From contig NIVC01000386.1 in NCBI GenBank assembly GCA_002269645.1, positions 434,001-498,000 of the forward strand: 64,000 nt of DNA, written 5' to 3'. The notes under the pieces were generated by a model. The model had not been told where the DNA came from. It worked only from the letters and a program-made list of their open reading frames with translations, and searched no databases. The stretch comes from Macrostomum lignano (Eukaryota). Of this stretch, positions 35,507 to 47,487 are shown in pieces. A program made the translations under genes and the position numbers. Position 1 is the first letter of the stretch, and every line of letters begins with the position of its first letter.

Positions 35507-37382
35507 TCAGCCGTCGTCGGGCCTCTCCCCGCCGGCCGAGGCCTCGCCGTCCTCGTCCTCATCGGACTGCATCCTGGCCCTGAGCACGGCCTCGAACTCG
35601 TTGTAGTGCATCTTCCGCTTCAGCCGGAACTGCCGCCGGCGCTCTCGCTCAGCGGCGTCCAGCAGCTCGTCCTCGGCGTCCAAGTCGTGCAGGTCGGCCG
35701 GGCCGCCGAAGCCGCGTCGATTCGGCGAGGCGGACTCGCCGCCGCCAGCAGCAGCCGCGGCACCGGCATCGCCGTCCTCAGCAGCCGCGGCCTCCTCGAG
35801 ACGCTCCATCAAAGCGTCTGGCGACACGGCGTCGGTGAAGCTGGTCCGGCGCTGCTGCGGCTGCTTCGCCGGCTGCTCGGAGGCCGCCGGGCAGCTCCTC
35901 GAGTCGGCGTCGCCTTCGTCGCCGCTGGCAGTCGAAGCCGCGTCGCTGGACAGCGCCGGCTCGTAAGGGGTCGGCGCTTCGTCCACCTGCCGGGGCGGTG
36001 ATGCACAGATTGGTCTAGATCCCATACAGATTCATCTAGATCCCATACTGATTCACCAAGATCCCATACTGATTCATCTAGATCCCATACAGATTCACCT
36101 AGATCCCATACTGATTCATCTAGATCCCATACAGATTCACCTAGATCCCATACTGATTCATCTAGATCCCATACAGATTCACCTAGATCCCATACTGATT
36201 CATCTAGATCCCATACAGATTCACCAAGATCCCATACTGATTCACCTAGATCCCATACAGATTCACCAAGATCCCATACTGATTCACCTAGATCCCATAC
36301 AGATTCACCTAGATCCCATACAGATTCACCTAGATCCCATACTGATTCACCTAGATCCCATACAGATTCACCTAGATCCCATACAGATTCACCTAGATCC
36401 CATACTGATTCACCTAGATCCCATACAGATTCACCTAGATCCCATACTGATTCACCTAGATCCCATACAGATTCACCTAGATCCCGTACAGATTCACCTA
36501 GATCCCATACAGATTCACCTAGATCCCGTACAGATTCACCAAGATCCCATACAGATTCACCTAGATCCCATACAGATTCACCAAGATCCCATACAGATTC
36601 ACCTAGATCCCGTACAGATTCACCTAGATCCCATACAGATTCACCAAGATCCCATACTGATTCACCTAGATCCCGTACAGATTCACCTAGATCCCATACA
36701 GATTCACCTAGATCCCATACAGATTCACCTAGATCCCATACAGATTCACCTAGATCCCATACAGATTCACCTAGATCCCATACTGATTCACCTAGATCCC
36801 GTACAGATTCACCTAGATCCCATACAGATTCACCTAGATCCCATACAGATTCACCAAGATTCCATACAGATTCATCTAGTTTCTATAGACCCTCTCAGAT
36901 CATAATACAGATTCCACCGATTCCTATACCCTCTCCCAAATCCCGTAAGAATCCCTCAGATCCGATACAGATTTCCCGGATCCTGTAAATTTCCCAGAAT
37001 CTTAGAACTTCTCAGGCCCTAAAGATTGCTCAGATCCCAGACTACACTGATCTTATAGATTCCCCAGATCCCAGTTTACCTTTATCTTATAGACAGCTCA
37101 GACCCTATGGAATCTTGTGAATTCTCAGACACTACACACGTGACATAAGCCGACGCTCACCTTCATGTGCCCATAGTCCTTATCCGCAGGATGGTAAGTC
37201 TTCAAGATGTTCATTTCGTCCCACTGGAACTCTTTCCTGGCGTCGGTGTCATCAGAGTTGCCGATAGCGGCAGCAGAACTGGCAGCTTCCTGACTGTCCT
37301 CGTGCTCATCAGTGCTGATGGATTTGCACTTGAGGATGCCCTTCTTTGGCCGGGCATTCAGCGGCGGCGGGCTGTTTGACAT
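35507..37382 (-). CDS. PPP1R2: Protein phosphatase 1 inhibitor-2 (2 exons, 233 aa)
   Basis: Exons 37382-37161 and 35986-35507 (phase 0). Motifs PKKGILK, KEFQWDEMNILKTYHPADKDYGHMK|VDEAPTPY and FRLKRKMHYNEF. The ATG is directly preceded by tcagtcag|. Confidence 0.95.
36015..36880. repeat. 21-bp minisatellite in the PPP1R2 intron
   Basis: gatcccatacagattcaccta, about 40 copies. Confidence 0.97.
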
Positions 37383-40300
37383 CTGACTGATTGACAATGA
37401 CAGGGGAATGACAGCTGGAATGCCAGTCAGCAGGGTGACACTGCAGCAATTAGTAAGGAGGATGAAATCAACATCAACTCGCGTAGAGGTAAAGACAAGC
37501 GTGAATTTACACTGTTGCTCGTATATAATTTCATAATGCTTCAATACCATGAAAACCTGTTTATATACTAAGAATATGATTAATATGCTGTGCTGAATTT
37601 TTAATTTTACTTTTAACCTAACCAAATTAATCAATCACGAAATGCATGTTTATGCTAGCGATGTGATATTAAAAAGCAAGATTGAGAATAAAAGTGGAAT
37701 TGTATTGAAATTATCACAATATAATCCAAAAGTACAATGTCAGCTCAAATAATCTCTTATACATTGTTGATGCACTTAAATCCTAATTTGCTTTTTGGTG
37801 CCCTAGAGTGATTTTTGCCTTTATGCCTAACTTTTTATATACAAGTAAAATATTAATACTTTATTTAAATACAAAACTGATAGGTCTATATTATTTTATT
37901 AAACATGCCTATTAGTAATAGCAATTTTTTTAATTCCAAACTTTCCACCAAATGTTAAAATTGTAGACCCCAAAATCTTATAAGGCCAAGAAAATGACTG
38001 ACATTAAATTAGGCAAGATCAAACCAAAAATAAACAAAAAACCAAGAGTATGCTAAGGTTGATACCTAACAACTAAGATTATTATAATTTGTACTTGAAA
38101 ATAACTATAAATGCCATGGTTTTCAAATATCAAAGTCACTAAAATATTAGTAATGTTAATTACAATTGGCTAATTTAAAATGTTTGCTAGAAAAAATTAT
38201 AAAATTGAAAATCTATATGATAGCTAAGTAGCATTACATTAGCCTAGCTAAAGATGGGAAGAAACTGAAATTTTTAACCAATTCAATTTGATTTAAATAT
38301 CTGACAATCAATTCAAATATCAGATAATACTAAATATGGTTATATCAGTGAATAATATCTCTTTGGTAGCCTTTAACCAATAGGCCATCATCTTTACTTC
38401 TTTTTCAATTAAAATGCATTTACCCCTTCAAGTTTGTGGGAATTAGCACCTCCACAAATCCATGCTCAACTCGATTCCTAATCTTTCACTTTTCCTTAAA
38501 GCTTCAAATCTAAGTACAATTTACATGCAACTGCTTTTAAATCACCTCTGCCTTTCCTTAAGACATGCCATGTATTATCATTTCCTTAATTTTCTCTCTA
38601 TATTTATGAGCCACAAGCTGTCCAAAACCCCTAGCACTTCACTTTGGTCTTTGACTCTTCAAACTCAAACTTCTCAGCCCTCTACTCTTTCTAAAGCCTT
38701 CATAAATCTTAACACAAAATGATTTATTGTTATATCTCTAATCCTTTTGCCTTTCCTCAGATCACAACTATCCCTAATTCTTTTCCTTCATTTATAAGCC
38801 ACAACATCAATACTCTACTCTTAATTTGTTTCAAATAATCTTTCCACATCAAAGCAATTATTTGGCATTTTCTTGTAGATTGTCAACTTTTTCATTCCAA
38901 TTTGAACCAAATATTCTAAATATTCATCCTATTTCTAAACCTAGCATAGGCCTACCTATTTATTGATAAAACAATATCTAAAATTGTTTTTTATTTCTAG
39001 ATTATAAAAACCATATAACATTTTTAGAAAGAAGAAAGAGAAAGAAAAGAAAAGAAAAAAGGCAAAAAAATCATATACAGAGTGAAAATTAAGTTGCAAT
39101 TGGGAGAACTAAGTCGCAATCAAGAGGAACTACATCATAATTTGGAGGAACTAAGTTGCAAATCTGAACAAAACTAAGTTGCACCGGATGCGTGAAATTT
39201 TAAGGTTAGGCGTGTAAGTGTATTCCCGCATTTACACAATATTGATTCAAAGTTGGAGCCAAAATACATGTAAACTGCCATTTAAAATAGAAAAAATTAT
39301 GCAATTTTTTAAAATATATATATCAATGGTGTTTTTCTCTTTAGTGTATTATCCAAAATGGCATAAAAACAAGACAAAACAATCATCTCATTTCCAGCTC
39401 TTCCCACAACTCCAGTAATGGCACTGATTTTTTGGTAAATGGCAGGAGTAACTATTACCACTATTTTATAAGAAAGTGATTTGTTATCTTATTAGTCAAG
39501 TTGATTTTAATTTTACCATCAAGTTTCATTGCATTGGGCATTATATGTGTATATAAGCATGTATGTACATGAATACACTTGGCTTATTTTTTTATCAAAA
39601 AAGCAACTTAACTATGAAAGAAGAATAAGCAAAGTTAATATAATGTTTGGGTAAATGGTAGGAATAACTATAACTGTATTATAAGGGCTAAATGCCTTAT
39701 CAGCAAATTAGGCCCTAATACTACTTTTAGAATTTTTTGAATAGGCATTTTTGCAGCTTACCTTGGCTGGGCCCCTTGCCAACCAGCTAGATTGGCTTGG
39801 TATTGCATCTAGATGATCTACATAAGGACAAAAGCGGAATAATCCTGTATTAATCCATATATTAAAAATGGTCTGTCAGTAGGTAGGTATGTGTGTGATT
39901 GATTCTAGAAAAAATGGCTGAACTGATTTTCTTTACACTTGCACTATTCAATCAGAATTATGGTCTAAGGATTAAAATTCCAATATATAGTGCATCTACT
40001 TCTATATTAGTAGCATCTACTTATCTTATTGGTAGTGTCTATACATGTACTGTACTCTTTGGCCTAAGCGGTTTAATGACACTGTCTACTTATTTACTCT
40101 TATAAGTTTTTTCTCAGTCTTAGGCATTCCCTAGATCAGAGGGTCACAACCTTATGCATTTTCCTTGCCCTAAAGCAATTTTTGTGCCCTGATGCACTTT
40201 CTTGCTGATTAGTGGGCTTTTTAATACTACTCCCAATTTGGGGATTTACTCTAGGAAATGAATAAGTCTTTAAAAGTTTTGCAAATAAGTTTTTTTTAGA

Positions 40301-40719
40301 ACTAGATTGGCTATTATTCTCGCAATTTGGGGTGAATAAGGAAGTTCCATGTTAACTTCTCCTGGCCCATTCTGGGCTCCTATTTATACTACCTATACAG
40401 TATATTTAAAACAAAAAGTTATTTGGTAAAATATTATTTGATTTAACAACATTTAAACAAATGTAAAAATAATTTCTTTTTAGCATAAATTCAAATGGTA
40501 CTTTCTAGGAAATGTTTTGTGAACATATTTAATACTTATACTGGAAGGCCTTATCCTATAAAACAAAGCATACTACATCAATATAATCATGGTAATATTA
40601 GTAATAATAATAGTACAGTAACATTAATAGTAATAGCATTAATATTAATAATATTAAGATTAAAAAAATAATGCTTGTTATTATTAAAAAATAATAATAT
40701 TAATAAAAATAGCTTTTGG

Positions 40720-41190
40720 TATACTAAGTATTTAGAAAACATTGTAACAACCATTGCTAAAGAATATCTCAGTCTATGAAGCATCTTTGTTAGTCTTTAA
40801 TGTGTCTTTTATAGCAAGGAATGCATAAAGCAGCAGTGCAATTTTCATGCAGAAAGAGCACAGCCTCTGAAAAAATGGTTATATGATTCAAACAGCAACA
40901 TCAAACAGCATTTGGTATATCTAGAAAATGTTGTAACAACCGTTGCTAGGGAATATCTCAGCTTGTAAAGCATCTTTGTGTGTGTCTAATGTGTCTTTCT
41001 AAAGTTATGCCTAAAGCAGCTGTACAATTTTCATTCAGAAAGAGCAAAGTGCAACAATGTAGCGGCTCTTTAAAAAGCAACTATATACATATTTGGTATA
41101 TTGGGAAATGTCGTAACAACCATTGCTGGGGAATATCTTAGCTTGTAAAGTGTCTTTGTGTGTGTCTGGGATGTATTTTTAAAGTAGAGA
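40720..41190. repeat. Diverged tandem repeat of about 185 bp, 3 copies
   Basis: tggtat...gaaa(a/t)(c/g)(a/t)tgtaacaacc.ttgct..gaatatct.ag...aagcatctttg recurs near 40720, 40915 and 41095. Confidence 0.75.
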
Positions 41191-41957
41191 CATGCATAAA
41201 AAAGTCTAAAAATTTACATTGTCTTGCATACTAATTAGACAATTTTGTTTAACATTTACTGATCAATTTCTGAATGTCAGAATGTCTATCAGGAAACCAA
41301 TACATGGTTAGGCATATGCTATTTAAGACAAGTGCATAATTTGGTTATTATTTAATTTAGTTTAAGCCTACTAAAATATATAAAAATTGATATTATAAAT
41401 TTGATATAGATTTTAACTGTGAACTTTTACACTAGCAATTGAACTATCTATGGTCATAATTCTTAAAGACCCAGACAGTTACTAAAGAGCTGGGCACACT
41501 AGAGAAAATGGAATTAACTAAGAACAAGCAGAGCGAGACAAGGGCTCCTACAATAATGAATTATTTTTGCTCCTTTTTGTTGATACAAATATATAATTAG
41601 ACAGAACAAACCATCTTATGAATACACATCAAAAATATATATAGGCTCATTCCATATAAGCACGGTCGTAACATGACAGACTATTTTTACTTATAAAATG
41701 AAATATAATAATAGAATATACTAAACCAATATTTAAATGAAAGATAATTTTGTCAAGAATATTTTTATAGAGTTTCATGCAGATATCGCCGGGGCTGTTG
41801 CCCCCAGGACCCCGGGTCCTGCACGTAATGGCGTGGTGAACTATCTGTGCAGTATGAGACTGGTATGGCCTTTATCCCAGCCAGCGATGCTCACACCTGC
41901 CTCCCCTGGCGGGCTGATAGCTCAAGAGACTCTGTCTCCTGATTTTCACCTTGCAAG

Positions 41958-42027
41958 GCGCACTTCGAAGGGTACTCGTCCCGTGGGTGTTAAGGCAGGC
42001 CCCCTTGGGCCCTGCCAAGCTGATTCG
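41958..42027 (+). ncRNA. Candidate HDV-like self-cleaving ribozyme in the LINE 5' UTR
   Basis: P1 GCGCAC/GTGGGT (G1-U wobble, one G-G mismatch), P2 CGAA/TTCG, P3 GGG/CCC, L3 TACTCGT, P1.1 AC/GT, P4 GGCAGG-CCC..GGG-C-CCTGCC and J4/2 C42020-TGA, all in the nested double-pseudoknot order. Confidence 0.5.
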
Positions 42028-42263
42028 TTGGCACCGGGTCCTGGTGTGACCATAAACGCACCCTCTAATGTCCCAGTGTAACTCCGTGCTGATGGACGCT
42101 TGGCCAGGGAGTAGTCTGGTCGCTAACGGTTCCCCTTGCGCTTTTGGGTCCCCCCGCAGGGTGGTATTTTGCTTTTTGGGGGCCTGCCGCTTGGTTTGGG
42201 GTTGCGGCCTTGCGGCTCTTTGCCTGTGTTCTGCAGGAAGTCCCACCTTTTTACTTCCAGCCA

Positions 42264-43784
42264 ATGGCTTCTAACCGAAGTAACCAACCGGCTGTGGATG
42301 ACACAGTGCCTCCGGCCTCGGCTGGGGCCGTGGACTCCTCGGCCATACCACCTGCTACCATCGGGGACGCCTCGGCGAGACCCGTGGAGCCAACTCTGAG
42401 TGGTGCCTCCGAGAAGACACCTGCTACTCCAGCTGCTAAGAAACGCAGCACCACCTCTGGAGCTGCCCGCCGTCGACTTAACAAGGCGAGGCGGGCCAAG
42501 GAGGGCGGAAGCCAAACCGGTGCCAGGGGCCAACGGCCCGCGGCAGCGGAAGCTTCCCAGTCTGGGGCGGTGGCGGAAGAGGGCCTCGAGCCCACGGAAG
42601 CCCCTGCCCAGGATAGGGAGGCCGATGCAGCCGGGAGGGTGGACAGCCCACCTGAAGAAAGCTCCACTGACCCCCGGGCCTCCTACGCTGATGCGGCAAA
42701 GAGGCAACCGGCAGTTGTCATCCTGGGAAAGGACGCGCGCCTGTCTCCCGATCAGCTGAAGCAGGTGAGAAGTGCCGTTGATGGCCTCCTGTGGAAGCAA
42801 ACTCTGAAGGGCACGCCTCTGAACATTCATTCGAATGCGACGAGGGACTCGTGCCTTCTCATTTGGCCCAGTGATGCTGACTCGGGTTGGCGGCTCCTTG
42901 AGCTGCTGCCCGAGCAGAGCTGGGACCTCAACCTAGCCTTCTGCAGAGAGGACGAGCGCCCCCGGACCAAGAGGCATCGAATCTGGGTCCCGGCCAGGAG
43001 CGTTGTTACCTCTGCTGACGAGCTCCGGAAAGGACTGCTAGCAGTCAACCGGGAGCTTCCCGCCGCGGGCCTAGTGGTGCATGACACCCTTAAGCGCACC
43101 GACGGCACTGGCTTCACAGCCATCCTGGGGCTGTCGGACGCCTGGATGAGGCGTTATCCACACGGCAGCTTCATCAACGTCGGCCTTTGGAAGCTGCGCA
43201 TCCGCTCCTACGAGGCCGACCCTCCCCGTGGCAGTGAGCAGGGCGGGCAGGATGCGGAGGCGGCCGGGGCCGAGGCGCAAGCCTCTGCTCAGACTGCCAA
43301 AGCAAACCACCCTGCCCGGCAGCACGGCCGCGCGGGCAAAGCTGAGCGCGCTGCTGAGGGCGGAGGCGACCGACACCCGGCGCGTAGCACCAAGCGGCGC
43401 GGCCTGTACCAGCGTGCAGCTGAGGCAGTCCGTACCGCCAAAATCTCCCAGCTGAGGCGAGAGGTTGCCGGGACGCCTAGGCGCACCAGTTCGTCCAGGG
43501 AGGGTGGGGACGTCCCAGCTGGGCCCAACGCCTCGGGGCAGGGCCGACTGGAGACGGACCCGCCTGCCCAGGCGGCTGGCTGCTCCAGGGCATTGGGCCA
43601 ATCTGAGGCGGAGGACCCCATGGATGGTGGGCAAAGGGCGGCGAATGCTGCCTACTGCCTTCCGGCCAATCGGGGGCCTTTTGCTGAAGAAGAGCCCATG
43701 GACACCGGCGACCCCGACCCGAAGCCGGTGAGCGCCGAGGAGGAGGAGGAACTCCTGGCGGCTGCAACATCCGATCTGCAATGA
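42264..43784 (+). CDS. LINE ORF1 (gag-like, DUF4780-like central domain)
   Basis: ATG at 42264, 506 aa; basic N-terminus, YADAAK and VVILGKD..L..Q..V..WVP..VHD..F.AILGL segment typical of LOA-type ORF1. Confidence 0.8.
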   Translation: MASNRSNQPAVDDTVPPASAGAVDSSAIPPATIGDASARPVEPTLSGASEKTPATPAAKKRSTTSGAARRRLNKARRAKEGGSQTGARGQRPAAAEASQSGAVAEEGLEPTEAPAQDREADAAGRVDSPPEESSTDPRASYADAAKRQPAVVILGKDARLSPDQLKQVRSAVDGLLWKQTLKGTPLNIHSNATRDSCLLIWPSDADSGWRLLELLPEQSWDLNLAFCREDERPRTKRHRIWVPARSVVTSADELRKGLLAVNRELPAAGLVVHDTLKRTDGTGFTAILGLSDAWMRRYPHGSFINVGLWKLRIRSYEADPPRGSEQGGQDAEAAGAEAQASAQTAKANHPARQHGRAGKAERAAEGGGDRHPARSTKRRGLYQRAAEAVRTAKISQLRREVAGTPRRTSSSREGGDVPAGPNASGQGRLETDPPAQAAGCSRALGQSEAEDPMDGGQRAANAAYCLPANRGPFAEEEPMDTGDPDPKPVSAEEEEELLAAATSDLQ

Positions 43785-46700
43785 TGCCAGCGACTACCTG
43801 GTGTCTGCAGATCAACACCCAGCACTGCGTGGCGGCGTCGGTCAACCTGATGCGCACGGCAGAGCAACAGCTTCCGGGCCTGGTCTTCGTACAGGAGCCC
43901 TGGATGACTAAAGGTAAGCCAAATAATGTGCCATCTGGCTACCACTGTTTTTGCATGGCGGGCTCTCAGCCTCGCCCAAGATCTTTGGTCTTTGCTGCAA
44001 AAGCTTTTGAGGCATGGATGAGACCTGATCTCTCGACTGGGGACATCTGTGTTGTTCAAATCAATAACCTCATTCCCAATAAACCTGTGCTGGTAGCTTC
44101 TGCCTATTTCCCGGGCGATGCCCCAGTTGTCTGCGACGCGTTAGTCAACCTTACTGACTATGCTGCGTCCCATCGGTTCGAGCTGCTCATTGCAGGGGAT
44201 GTGAACGCACACCACCTGCATTGGGGCAGCAAGAACATCAATAGCAGAGGCGAGGAGCTGCTGGCCTATGTCAGCAGCACTAACCTCAACTTCTGTAACG
44301 TGGGCAATGCACCAACATTCAATAATGGGCGGTGGGCTGAAGTCATCGACACCACCATCGCCTCACCCGGACTGCTTTCCGCAGTTACGGGCTGGCGAGT
44401 GTGGGACGAGGACTCGCTCTCGGACCACCGCTTTATCCGCTTTTGCATTGGGCCGACCAAGCAAAAGCCTAAGGTCACTTGGAGTCGGAACGTCAGGAAC
44501 ACCGATTGGGCCGCCTTTGGCTTGAAGCTGAGCCGCGGCCTTCGGGATCTTGACCCCCCCAGTGACCTCTCTGACTGCCAGGTGGTGGACGATCTCGCCT
44601 CCTCCCTGGGCGGGGCGATCACCACTGCCTTTGAAGCAGCCTGCCCCCTAAAGGCCTATAAAGGCAAGAAATCTGCTCCCTGGTGGAACCCAGAGCTCGG
44701 GGCCCTTCGGCGCCGAGCCAGGACCCTCCAAAGGCGAGCGCTCAAAACCAAAGACCCATCTGACAGAGAGGTCTATACCCGTGCGATCCATGAGTTTAAG
44801 GGCCAAGTCAGAAGGGCCAAGACGGCCAAGTGGCGCCAATATTGCGAAGGGCTTGAGGGCTCTCGCCCCGTAGCCCGCGTGGTTAAGGCACTCACTAATG
44901 ACCGTTTTTCTAAACTCTCTGTTGTGAAGAGACCTGACGGCTTGGTCACAGAGAGTTCGGAAGAGACTCTAGAGCTCATGCTCAACAGTTTTTTTCCCTA
45001 AATCTCTGACTCAGCAGGGCCCGCCCGACCACACAGTGGGAGGGCAAGGCCTAGCAAAGTCTATGATCACCAAAGACCGCATTATTAGAGCGGCAAGGTC
45101 CTTTAACCCGTTCAAGGCGCCTGGGCCCAACGGCATCTACCCAGCGTTCTTGCACGAGGCGGTGAAAAACCACCGCTTCCTGGACCTGCTCTGTCGTCTC
45201 CTTCGAGCTTGTGTGGAGCTGGGCTATGTACCAGTTGCATGGAGAGAGGCCCGGGTGGTCTTTATCCCCAAGCCTGGAAAGAGCGACTACCAATCGGTGA
45301 AGGCCTTCAGGCCTATCAGCCTCACTTCTTTCTGCCTCAAGCTCCTCGAGAGACTGGTGCTTTGGCGCCTACTTTCGGTCGAGCTGAAGCGCTTCCCACT
45401 CTCGCAGAACCAGCACGCCTTCCGCGCGGGCAGGTCAACCGAGAGTGCTCTCCATGTCATTGTTGACTTCCTGGAGAGGGCCGTTCTTGGCAGCGGCTTT
45501 GCCCTCTCGCTTTTCCTGGACATTGAGGGGGCCTTCGACAACGTCATCTTCGAGGCCTTTTGCAGAGCCCTGGAATCCAGGGCCACGCACCCTCACCTTG
45601 TCCGGTGGATCATGTTCATGATTCGAAACCGCACTGTTGTGGCCCACCTGAGCGGCAGCTCTCTTTCGGTGCCTGTCCTGAAAGGGGGCCCCCAGGGCGG
45701 CGTTCTCACCCCCATTCTCTGGAACATGGTCATGGATGAGTTGCTTTGCAGTGATCTCCACGACCCCATTCTCAAGGTGGGCTATGCCGATGATGTGACC
45801 GCGATATGCGCGGGCCCCTCGGTTGATACCATCAGAGACCTTCTGCAGGGCTTTCTGGGACGAGCGGAGCGTTGGGCAGACCAATGTGGCCTTAGACTCT
45901 CAGAGTCGAAAACCACAGCAGTCATGTTTACCAACAAACTGCTCTGGACCATTAAGCCCCTCACCCTCTATGGAAAGAATATTTCCATGGAGAAGCAGGT
46001 CCGCTGCCTGGGCCTCACTCTGGACCACAGGCTTAACTGGACTCCGCACATTCAAACTAAAGCCAAAAAAGCCCTGGCTATACTGGCTCAGATCAGGCGC
46101 GCCGTGGGCACCACCTGGGGGCTCACCCCCAGGAAGCTGTGGTGGATTTACACTGCCATCATCCGCCCCTCGATCAGTTACGCCAGCCTCGTGTGGGCTA
46201 GCGGCCTGAGCGTCAAGAGCAACCTCGATGCTCTCTACAAAATCCAGGGCAGAGCCTGCCGCATGACTATGGGCGCTCCACCCTCTACTCCTTTTGAAGG
46301 CATGAATGCCTTCCTCTGTGCCCTTCCTTTGGATATTTATATCAAAGGAGAGGCGGCGAAGAGCACCCGGCATCTTCTGGATGCTGGGGTGGCCTTCAAG
46401 AAAGTGCGGGCCTTTAAGAAGCGGTCGCTTATCCCGCACTCTGACCTCTGCCTCAAGGCTCTCGAGGAGTGTGGCGGGCTCAACATCCTCACGGACTCGA
46501 TCCCAGCCACCCTTCTCCTGAGCCAAAGGTATAAGGTCACCATTCAGCCTCGACACGAGGCGAGTGACAGCTGGAGCGACTCTGAAGTCCACTGTTACAC
46601 TGACGGCTCTATGAGGCATGGTCTTTCAGGCTTCAGAGCTTGCGTCTTCTTCAAGGGAGAAGTGGTGTGGAGCTACTCCCAGCACACTGGGCTCAACTCC

Positions 46701-47487
46701 AGTGTTTTTCAGAGCGAGGTGCTTGCCATCAGCTCCTGCGCGGCAGAGCTGCGCCGAAGGCAGCTTAGCGGCCGAAAATTTATTTTTCACTCTGACAGCC
46801 AAGCAGCCCTTCGGGCCCTCTGCCGCAGCACTGCCAGCTCCAGGTCTGTCCTGGACTGCAACACCCAGCTCAACAGGCTTGCGCTAGGCAACCAGGTGGA
46901 GCTCAGATGGATCCCAGGCCACGCCGGCTTCCTCGGCAACGAGCGCGCTGACCTGCTGGCCAAGGCTGGCTCCGCCGGCGCGCTATTGGGGTCGGGCCCG
47001 GGTGCCCTCATCCCCGCCTCGGTGATCAATTCCCGCGTTAAGCGCTGGGCTGACTCCGAGCATCTCCGCAGGTGGCACGACACCCGGAATTGTAGGCAAT
47101 CCCGTGCTGCCGTCCCCTGTCCTTCTCCTCTCCTGCGTAGAGCCCTCCTCAGGCTCAACCGCAGAGACCTCAGAGCAGTTAGCATGGCCCTCTCTGGGCA
47201 TGGCTGCTTCTCTCGCCACCGCTTCCTTCAGGGCTAAGTACCCGAGGAGTGGTGCCCCTTCTGCCGCTCAGGCAGTGAAAACGCCGAGCATTTTATCTGC
47301 CACTGCCCGGTTTTCACCAGGGCCAGGCTTACTCACCTCAGGCCAAACCCGGTTCTCTCCGACGTTTGCAGGCCCGAGAGCATCCCGCTGCTCGCCCGGT
47401 ACCTCAGGGACACCGGACGAGCTGATTTCTTCCCCACCGTCGGTGAGGAGGACCGCGCTGCAGGCGAGACCGACGGGTCCCCCTGAG
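43781..47487 (+). pseudogene. LINE ORF2 (APE endonuclease, RT, RNase H, CCHC) disrupted by an extra T near 44995 and a TAA at 47235-47237
   Basis: QINTQH, VQEPW, GDVNAHH..WGS, IDTT, SDHRFI (APE); KAPGPNG, IPKPGK, FRPISL, QHAFR, LDIEGAFD, GPQGGVL, YADD (RT); YTDGS, EVLAI, SDSQAAL, WIPGHAG..GNERADLLAK (RNase H); after the stop, CPFC..ENAEHFICHC. Confidence 0.92.

Noticed and set aside
33597-36006. Antisense and alternative-frame ORFs overlapping NDUFB9, PPP1R2, the zinc-finger exons and the LINE
   Set aside because: They are shadow ORFs typical of GC-rich coding DNA and carry no recognisable motifs.
11115-36880. CRISPR-like arrays
   Set aside because: The repeats are head-to-tail with no unique spacers, the context is eukaryotic, and there are no cas genes.
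18105-36880. AG|GT motifs in every unit of three arrays (18105, 21935, 36015) as recursive-splicing ratchet points
   Set aside because: AGGT is expected by chance in about two of roughly 15 units of 20-40 bp, so there is no enrichment.
41788-41930. A second HDV-like ribozyme at the very 5' end of the LINE (GCCGGGG pairing with CCCTGGC followed by GG)
   Set aside because: No P3/L3 or P2 could be built and J4/2 does not fit.
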